A stretch of DNA of 24,000 nt, taken from NCBI RefSeq assembly GCF_900114655.1, contig NZ_FOTT01000023.1, forward strand, positions 14,133-38,132, in the 5' to 3' direction. Position 1 is the stretch's first letter. The number at the start of each line of letters is the position of its first letter. The position numbers and the translations under genes were made by a program. Below the pieces are notes generated by a model, which saw nothing but the letters and a program-made list of their open reading frames with translations, was not told where the DNA came from and made no database searches. The stretch comes from Candidatus Frackibacter sp. WG13 (GTDB lineage: Bacteria > Bacillota > Halanaerobiia > Halobacteroidales > Acetohalobiaceae). Positions 18,683 through 24,000 of this stretch are shown piece after piece.

Positions 18683-19396
18683 ATGGCAATTAAACCGAAA
18701 GATATGGCTAAGATGATTGATCATACTATTTTAAGTGCTAATACAACTGTTGAAGAGGTAAAGAAGAAGTGTGAAGAAGCAAAAGAATATAAATTTGCTT
18801 CAGTTTGTGTTAATCCTAGTTTTGTGCCTTTAGTTAGTGAACTTTTGAAAGAGACTTCTGTTAAAGTATGTACAGTAATCGGTTTTCCATTAGGGGCTAG
18901 TACTCAGGAAGTAAAGGCCTTTGAAACTAAGAATGCAATTAGAAATGGTGCCCAAGAGATAGATATGGTGGCTAATATTGGTGCTATTAAATCTGGAGCA
19001 TTTGATATTGTCTATGAAGATATTAAAGCAGTAGTTGATGCAACTAAGATAGCAGGGGTAACTAAGGATGTGCTAACTAAAGTAATTATTGAGACTTGTT
19101 ACTTAACCGATGAAGAGAAAGTAAAGGTCTGTGAACTAGCCAAAGAAGCTAAAGCTGATTTTGTTAAGACTTCGACTGGTTTTGGAACAGATGGTGCTAC
19201 TACAGAAGATGTAAGTTTGATGCGTAAGACTGTAGGACGTTCTATCGGTGTTAAAGCTTCTGGTGGTATCAGGAATTTTGATGATGCTTTAGACATGCTA
19301 GACGCAGGAGCAAATCGAATAGGTGCTAGTAGTGGCATTGATATTGTTGATGGTAAAAGAAGAGAAGAAGACGATAGTGAAGAAGAAGGATATTAA
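18683..19396 (+). CDS. deoC: Deoxyribose-phosphate aldolase DeoC, with a short acidic C-terminal tail
   Basis: Class I aldolase motifs: [17 protein letters not shown] (Schiff-base Lys region) and VKASGGIR. I prefer ATG 18683 (ggagg 8 nt upstream) to TTG 18668. The tail is [14 protein letters not shown]. Confidence 0.93.
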   Translation: MAIKPKDMAKMIDHTILSANTTVEEVKKKCEEAKEYKFASVCVNPSFVPLVSELLKETSVKVCTVIGFPLGASTQEVKAFETKNAIRNGAQEIDMVANIGAIKSGAFDIVYEDIKAVVDATKIAGVTKDVLTKVIIETCYLTDEEKVKVCELAKEAKADFVKTSTGFGTDGATTEDVSLMRKTVGRSIGVKASGGIRNFDDALDMLDAGANRIGASSGIDIVDGKRREEDDSEEEGY

Positions 19397-19410
19397 GCTT
19401 AAACTCAGAT

Positions 19411-19466
19411 AAAATAAACCTTATTCCTCATGAAATTTTTAGAGGGAATAAGGTTTATTTTTTAAT
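19411..19466 (+). terminator. Strong rho-independent terminator separating the core region from the efflux operon
   Basis: aaaataaaccttattcc (19411-19427) is a perfect 17-bp complement of ggaataaggtttatttt (19445-19461). The core stem is ccttattcc/ggaataagg, followed by tttattttttaat. An A-tract upstream and a T-tract downstream could allow bidirectional function. Confidence 0.78.
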
Positions 19467-19491
19467 GGGGCATCAAAAGTATTGAAACATC

Positions 19492-19520
19492 TTGACATCG
19501 AATTAAAATTTTTATATAAT
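19492..19520 (+). promoter_or_regulatory. Candidate sigma-A promoter P1 (distal copy)
   Basis: TTGACA (19492-19497), a 17-nt spacer, then TATAAT (19515-19520). Both hexamers and the spacing match the consensus exactly. Confidence 0.6.
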
Positions 19521-19534
19521 ATTATTGAAACATC

Positions 19535-19563
19535 TTGACATCGAATTAAAATTTTTATATAAT
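19535..19563 (+). promoter_or_regulatory. Candidate sigma-A promoter P2 (proximal copy) for the tetR-efflux operon
   Basis: TTGACA (19535-19540), a 17-nt spacer, then TATAAT (19558-19563). The predicted +1 near 19570 would give a ~49-nt leader to the tetR GTG. Confidence 0.65.
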
Positions 19564-19564
19564 A

Positions 19565-19583
19565 TGAACTGAACGGTCAGTCA
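19565..19583. promoter_or_regulatory. Operator-like inverted repeat, a candidate TetR binding site
   Basis: ACTGA (19568-19572), spacer acgg, then TCAGT (19577-19581). The arms extend imperfectly to TGAACTGA / TCAGTCA. The repeat overlaps the predicted P2 transcription start. Confidence 0.45.
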
Positions 19584-19618
19584 ATGCAAGTTGTACATAG
19601 AAGAGGGGGGGTAAATTA

Positions 19619-20203
19619 GTGGAACTTAATGATAAAGAAAGATTGATCTTAGATGCTGCTGCAGAAGTCTTTGCTGAAAAAGGATTTTTTAAAGCAACTG
19701 TTAGCGAAATCGCTAATGAAGCAGGAGTAGCTAAAGGTACAATCTATTTCTATTTTGAAAATAAGCGTGATCTATTTAAATCTTTAATTGTTTCCAAGTT
19801 CGAATCTCTTCATCAAAGAATTAATGAAGGAGAACAGAAGGGTGAAGATTTTGAAAGCCAGATTAAAGAGATTATCTTCCGAAAATTAAGTTTCTTTGCA
19901 GAAGAAGAGGACCTAGCTAAATCTATTATTTATGATTTTGCTGGAATGGATGAAGATTTTAAGTTAGAGATGGGGAGATTAAGGAATAGACATAGAGATA
20001 AGATATCGAAGGTCATTCAAAAGGCAATCGAGGATGGTATTTTAAAGGATATATCTGCTGAGGATGCGGTAATAGCATTGTTAGGTATTATTCATGCGTT
20101 TGGTTTTGAAAATTATCTAAATAGTGAAAAGAAGGACCCATCTGTAGTAGAGGTCGTTGATATAATTTATGATTTATTTATGCAGGGGGTTCATAATAAA
20201 TAA
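19619..20203 (+). CDS. TetR/AcrR-family transcriptional regulator
   Basis: N-terminal [26 protein letters not shown] and an all-helical C-terminal ligand domain of typical length. GTG start 7 nt after a G7-containing SD. It is the first gene of the efflux cluster. Confidence 0.9.
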   Translation: MELNDKERLILDAAAEVFAEKGFFKATVSEIANEAGVAKGTIYFYFENKRDLFKSLIVSKFESLHQRINEGEQKGEDFESQIKEIIFRKLSFFAEEEDLAKSIIYDFAGMDEDFKLEMGRLRNRHRDKISKVIQKAIEDGILKDISAEDAVIALLGIIHAFGFENYLNSEKKDPSVVEVVDIIYDLFMQGVHNK

Positions 20204-20221
20204 TAATATGGAGGGATAATA

Positions 20222-21547
20222 TTGATCCAGCAACATAAGAAATTAGTATCTTTAATTATATTATTATCATTTGTTTTAATTTCTAATATTGCATTTGCTA
20301 ATGAGGTACAGGACCAAAATAGTAAGGTTATAACTTTAAATTTGAAAGAGAGCATTAAAAAAGGTTGGCAGAATAATTCTGCTTTACAACAGATGAAAGC
20401 ACAAGTAAATGCTGCTAGATTCAATATTAATAAAGCAGAAGCTGCTTTAAAACCAGGACTTAATTTAAATTCAAGTTATACACGGTTTGAAGAGCCACCA
20501 GTAACAATGAAGTCAAAAAATAGTTTCAATCATAGTATCAGTCTGCGATATTTGCTTTATCGTAAACCAGTTAAATTACAGGTTGAACAGAGTACATATG
20601 ACTGGAAAAAGTTAAAAGAAAAGTATGAAGCACAGAAAGAAGCTTTGGCCTATAATATTACTCAAAGTTATTATAGAGTGCTAGAAGCCAAAAATGTGGT
20701 TGAAGTGACTGAGGAGTCATTGAATCAGATGAATGAACATTTAAAGACTGCTAAGGCTTATTTTGAGGCTGGCACTGTTCTAAAGACAGACGTATTACAA
20801 ACGAAAGTTAGAAAGAGTGAGATAGAAGGGAGGCTCTTACAAGTTAAGAATAACTTACAATTAGCTAAAGAAGAGTTAAAGAATCTATTAGAGATCGATG
20901 GTAACAAAAAGATTAAATTAGTAGAAGAAGTTAATATTCCTAAAGTAGAACTATCTTTAAAGGAAGCTTTAGACTATGCATTAAATAATAGAGCTGACTT
21001 ATTGGCAACAAAGTATGAAGTAAAGAAGGCTAGTCAAGGGATAGAGTTAGCTGAGACTAACAATGATCCTAGCTTAGCATTAATTGGTACTTCGGAAAGT
21101 AGCGGTTCAGATTTTCTGCCTAATAATAATTCTTGGCGAGCAACGATAAATATGAAGTGGTCATTATATGATGGTGGTGAAAGTGGTGCCGTAGTCAAGC
21201 AGGCTAAAGAGAATTTAAAAGCTGCTAAATCCGCTCTTCATCAACAAGAACAAGCGATTGATCTAGAAATTAGACAGAAATTATTGAACTTAGAAGTCAA
21301 TCGTAAACAAGTATTAACGGCTCAAGAACGAATAGAAATGGCTAAAGAGAATTTAAGATTAGCAGAATTAAGATATAAAGAAGGAGTAGCTACTAATACT
21401 GAAGTTATTGATGCTCAAGTAAGTCTTAGTGAAGCACGAAATACTTATCAAAAGCGTATCTATGATTATAATGTAAGTCAAGCTGGATTATTAAAGTCAT
21501 TAGGTATTTCTTATCTATCTCTGAATAATTCAGGATTAGAATTTTAA
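20222..21547 (+). CDS. TolC-like outer-membrane efflux protein (OEP family)
   Basis: TTG start 5 nt after ggaggg. Sec signal peptide (MIQQHKKLVSLIILLSFVLISNIAFA/NE). The body is long, coiled-coil-rich and internally bipartite, as in the two-repeat OEP architecture (e.g. AKENLRLAELRYKEGVATNTEVIDAQ). It is encoded next to the MFP and RND genes. Confidence 0.85.
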   Translation: MIQQHKKLVSLIILLSFVLISNIAFANEVQDQNSKVITLNLKESIKKGWQNNSALQQMKAQVNAARFNINKAEAALKPGLNLNSSYTRFEEPPVTMKSKNSFNHSISLRYLLYRKPVKLQVEQSTYDWKKLKEKYEAQKEALAYNITQSYYRVLEAKNVVEVTEESLNQMNEHLKTAKAYFEAGTVLKTDVLQTKVRKSEIEGRLLQVKNNLQLAKEELKNLLEIDGNKKIKLVEEVNIPKVELSLKEALDYALNNRADLLATKYEVKKASQGIELAETNNDPSLALIGTSESSGSDFLPNNNSWRATINMKWSLYDGGESGAVVKQAKENLKAAKSALHQQEQAIDLEIRQKLLNLEVNRKQVLTAQERIEMAKENLRLAELRYKEGVATNTEVIDAQVSLSEARNTYQKRIYDYNVSQAGLLKSLGISYLSLNNSGLEF

Positions 21548-21588
21548 GTAAATGTAATTTAATCGTATGTTCAAGGAGGAAGGAATAG

Positions 21589-22884
21589 ATGAATAAGAAA
21601 AGTTCGATGTTATTATTAGTTAGTATACTCATTTTAAGTTTAGTTGTTTCAGGCTGTAGTTCAAATAAACAGGCAATGGCAAATTCTGATACAAAGAAAG
21701 CAGAAAGTGTTAAACAAGAAGACTCTAAAGATAATAATCAATTAGTAGTTGAAATAACTAAGGCAAAACGAAAAGATATAAAAATAGATATGAATCTTAC
21801 CGGTGAATTGAAAGCCTATAGAGAAGTAGACTTAGTGCCAGAATTATCTGGAGTCGTTAGCAAGGCAAGTTTTGAAGAAGGTGACAAAGTAAGACAAAAT
21901 GAATTACTACTAAAACTAGACCAAGCAATTCAAAAATCTCAGGTAGAAAAAGCGGAAGCAAATTTAGAAGTTACTAAGGCACGGTTAGAAGAACTAGAAG
22001 CAGGGTCTAGAATAGAAGAGATTAAACAAGCAGAAGCATCATTAGAACAAGCAAAGGCTCAATTGGATAACGCTAGTAAGAACTTTGAAAGATTTAAGAA
22101 TCTATATGAACAAAATGTTATTTCTAAAAGCAAGTATGACTCTGCTAAAAGCAAGTATGAAGTAGCTAAGGCAGGGTTAAAATCTGCTCGTCAGAGATTA
22201 CAATTAGTGAAAAAAGGACCACGCCAAGAGAAGATTGCAGTAGCAAGAGCACAAGTAAAACAGGCACAGGCAGCCTTGAATTCTGCTAAGACTCAATTAA
22301 ATAAGACGACAATCGAAAGTCCGGTTAAAGGAGTTATTGCACAAAAACAGATTGAGTTAGGGGAGATGGCTTCAGTCGGTAAGCCAGTAGCTAAAATAGT
22401 TCAGTTAAGTCCGATAGAATTTGAAGGTAGCATATCTACTACTGAATTATCGCAAGTTAAGGTTGGTCAGAAGGCAGTAGTTAAGGTTGATAGTTATCCT
22501 AACAAGACTTTTACAGGTAGAGTTAGTATATTAGCACCTACAGTGAATCCGTCAAATCGAGGTTTAAAGGTAACAGTTCAACTTGCTAATGAAGAGTTGT
22601 TATTAAAGCCAGGTATGTTTGCAAATAGTACGATCTTAGTCGATAGATTGACGGATGTTTTAGTAATTCCTAAGGCAGCGGTTAGAGGAGAAGATGGAAC
22701 TAAACGTGTCTTAGTTGTTAAAGATGGTATTGTAAAGAGTAAAGAGATAGAAATAGGACCTTCTAATAATAATCAAGTTGTAATTTATGAAGGTTTAGAG
22801 TTAGGCGAAAAGGTTATTGTTCGTGGCCCTGCTAATCTGCAACCTGGTACTGAGGTTAAGATTACAGAGTGGGGTGACGCTTAA
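21589..22884 (+). CDS. RND efflux periplasmic adaptor (MFP/HlyD family), lipoprotein
   Basis: Lipobox LVVSGC|S. Alpha-helical hairpin region (QVEKAEANLEVTKARLEELEAG...), then lipoyl and beta-barrel segments (IESPVKGVIAQKQIELGEM, KPGMFANSTILV). RBS aaggagga. Confidence 0.9.
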   Translation: MNKKSSMLLLVSILILSLVVSGCSSNKQAMANSDTKKAESVKQEDSKDNNQLVVEITKAKRKDIKIDMNLTGELKAYREVDLVPELSGVVSKASFEEGDKVRQNELLLKLDQAIQKSQVEKAEANLEVTKARLEELEAGSRIEEIKQAEASLEQAKAQLDNASKNFERFKNLYEQNVISKSKYDSAKSKYEVAKAGLKSARQRLQLVKKGPRQEKIAVARAQVKQAQAALNSAKTQLNKTTIESPVKGVIAQKQIELGEMASVGKPVAKIVQLSPIEFEGSISTTELSQVKVGQKAVVKVDSYPNKTFTGRVSILAPTVNPSNRGLKVTVQLANEELLLKPGMFANSTILVDRLTDVLVIPKAAVRGEDGTKRVLVVKDGIVKSKEIEIGPSNNNQVVIYEGLELGEKVIVRGPANLQPGTEVKITEWGDA

Positions 22885-24000
22885 TGAAATTATCGGACTT
22901 TTCAGTTGATCGTCCTGTAACAACAGTGATGCTAATCTTAATTATCGTATTCTTAGGTGGAATTGCATTTACCCGCTTAAGTGTAGATCTATTTCCTGAT
23001 ATGACAATACCGGTTATTTCGGTTTCTACTCAGTATTCAGGGGCTGCCCCTGAAGAGATAGAACAGTCAGTTACTAGACCACTAGAAGAAGGATTAGCGA
23101 CAGTAGATGATATTGATACAATAAGTTCGACATCTAGAGAAGGTCTTTCACAAGTAACATTGCAGTTTGATTGGGGAACCGATATGGACATGGCAGCGGT
23201 TGATGTTAGAGAGCAAGTTAGTTTAATTAAACGAGCATTACCTGATGCAGCTGAAGAGCCAATAGTTCGAAAAGTAGATTTAGATCAAATTCCGATCTTA
23301 ATCTTAGGGATTTCATCTGATCAGCGGAGCGAAATAGAATTAAAAGAGTATGCTGAAGAGCATATCAAGAATAAATTAGAGAGGATTCCCGGTTTAGCTT
23401 CGGCTTCAATTGTAAGTGGAGAGAATCGTCAGATCAATGTTAATATTGACCGTCAGAAGCTAGAAGGGTATAATCTATCTATTAATCAAGTGACGAGTGC
23501 ATTACGTCAGCAGAATATAAATCTACCTGGTGGTGAAATTACAGAAAGGCCAACAGAGTATCTATTAAGAACCGAAGGACAGTTCGAAGATATTGAAGAT
23601 ATAAAGAATGTAATTATTGCAATGCGCCAACAGAAGCCAATTAAAGTCAAGGACGTTGCTGAAGTTGAAGATGGATATGCAGATAGGAATGTCTATGTTC
23701 GTCTTAATGGGGAGACGACTGTAGGAGCAATGGTTACTAAACAGTCTGGTGCTAATACTGTTGAAGTAATTAATCGAGCAAAAAAAGAGTTAGAAAAGAT
23801 AAAGAAAGAACTACCTTCGGATATTAATATCAAGATTTCTCGTGACCAGTCAGAATTTATTAAGAAGTCTATCAATACCGTTCAGGAGAATGTAATACTT
23901 GGTGGGTTATTTGCAGTAATTGTTCTTTTCTTATTCTTAAGAAGCTTCCGTAGTACATTTATTATTAGTATGGCTATTCCAATAACAATTATTGCCGCTT
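22884..24000 (+). CDS. RND-family inner-membrane efflux pump (AcrB/HAE-type), N-terminal ~372 aa; continues beyond the window
   Basis: Not in the ORF track because there is no stop within the window. My translation from ATG 22884, which overlaps the MFP stop (TAATG), reads MKLSDFSVDRPVTTVMLILIIVFLGGIAFTRLSVDLFPDMTIPVISVSTQYSGAAPEEIEQSVTRPLEE... and stays open to 24000. It shows TM1, the porter-domain N-terminus and the start of TM2 (GGLFAVIVLFLFLRSFRST), as in AcrB. Confidence 0.92.
   Translation, partial: MKLSDFSVDRPVTTVMLILIIVFLGGIAFTRLSVDLFPDMTIPVISVSTQYSGAAPEEIEQSVTRPLEEGLATVDDIDTISSTSREGLSQVTLQFDWGTDMDMAAVDVREQVSLIKRALPDAAEEPIVRKVDLDQIPILILGISSDQRSEIELKEYAEEHIKNKLERIPGLASASIVSGENRQINVNIDRQKLEGYNLSINQVTSALRQQNINLPGGEITERPTEYLLRTEGQFEDIEDIKNVIIAMRQQKPIKVKDVAEVEDGYADRNVYVRLNGETTVGAMVTKQSGANTVEVINRAKKELEKIKKELPSDINIKISRDQSEFIKKSINTVQENVILGGLFAVIVLFLFLRSFRSTFIISMAIPITIIAA

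Larger units (their letters stand above)
19480..19565. repeat. Perfect 43-bp tandem duplication (2.0 copies)
   Basis: 19480-19522 and 19523-19565 both read tattgaaacatcttgacatcgaattaaaatttttatataatat. The flanking bases differ, so there are exactly two copies. Confidence 0.95.

Noticed and set aside
2805-19338. Minus-strand ORFs 2805-3002, 7531-7713, 9113-9409, 13994-14233, 15213-15500, 16923-17177 and 19099-19338
   Set aside because: Each lies wholly inside a + strand gene with clear family motifs (prmA, nfeD, the Lys-rich ORF, pgpH, CNNM, cdd, deoC). They are short, compositionally odd and lack an SD, so I treat them as shadow ORFs.
20191-20424. 77-aa minus-strand ORF spanning the tetR end and the OMP start
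   Set aside because: It overlaps two well-supported + strand genes and the OMP SD. It has no RBS of its own and its sequence is Cys/Phe/Leu-rich noise.
21426-21632. 68-aa minus-strand ORF spanning the OMP/MFP junction
   Set aside because: Same reasoning: it is antisense to the OMP C-terminus and the MFP signal peptide, with no translation signals.
23693-23875. 60-aa minus-strand ORF, the only ORF-track entry in the last 1.1 kb
   Set aside because: The + strand frame from 22884 is open to the window edge and encodes an unmistakable AcrB-type N-terminus. The minus ORF is its shadow.
1-24000. Whole-window search for a defence island, mobile element, CRISPR array, toxin-antitoxin pair, RNA gene or orphan gene cluster
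   Set aside because: Every intergenic gap is 222 bp or shorter, and each is accounted for by SDs, terminators or promoters. Every CDS except 9012-9545 has recognisable family motifs and conserved core synteny. There are no integrase, transposase or phage genes, no direct-repeat arrays and no strand switches. I therefore do not claim a novel system here.

Overview
This is an AT-rich 24 kb segment of a Firmicutes-type chromosome, and every supported gene lies on the + strand. Positions 1-19400 reproduce, almost gene for gene, the conserved Bacillus subtilis dnaK-to-era ('yqe/yqf') core region. In order: dnaK (5' partial), dnaJ, prmA, rsmE, mtaB, a HIT hydrolase, yqeY, nfeD, floA, a small Lys-rich membrane protein, the sporulation genes yqfC-yqfD, phoH, pgpH, ybeY, a DUF21/CBS (CNNM/TlyC-type) membrane protein, a DUF502 protein, cdd, a GNAT acetyltransferase, era and deoC. 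After a strong terminator, the last ~4.6 kb is a separate unit. It encodes a TetR-family regulator, a TolC-like outer-membrane factor, a lipoprotein MFP adaptor and an AcrB-type RND pump. The pump runs off the 3' edge and is missing from the ORF track because it has no stop codon. I count 25 CDS. I see no tRNA or rRNA genes, no CRISPR array, and no transposase, integrase, phage or recognisable defence genes. All 14 minus-strand ORFs in the track are antisense shadows of better-supported + strand genes. My assessment is that this is ordinary conserved core plus one efflux operon, and I do not see a convincing new multi-gene system. The observations worth a second look are small and cis-acting. 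(1) A perfect 43-bp tandem duplication doubles a consensus TTGACA-17-TATAAT promoter in front of the tetR-efflux operon; it is followed by an operator-like inverted repeat and a G7 run that forms the tetR SD. (2) A heptamer repeat creates two identical 11-bp palindromes 21 bp apart between nfeD and floA. (3) An uncharacterised Lys-rich membrane-anchored ORF sits at the yqfB position. (4) There are local departures from the B. subtilis gene order. Endospore genes and a TolC/RND tripartite pump occurring together suggests a diderm spore-forming Firmicute (Halanaerobiales or Negativicutes-like), but that is an inference only.
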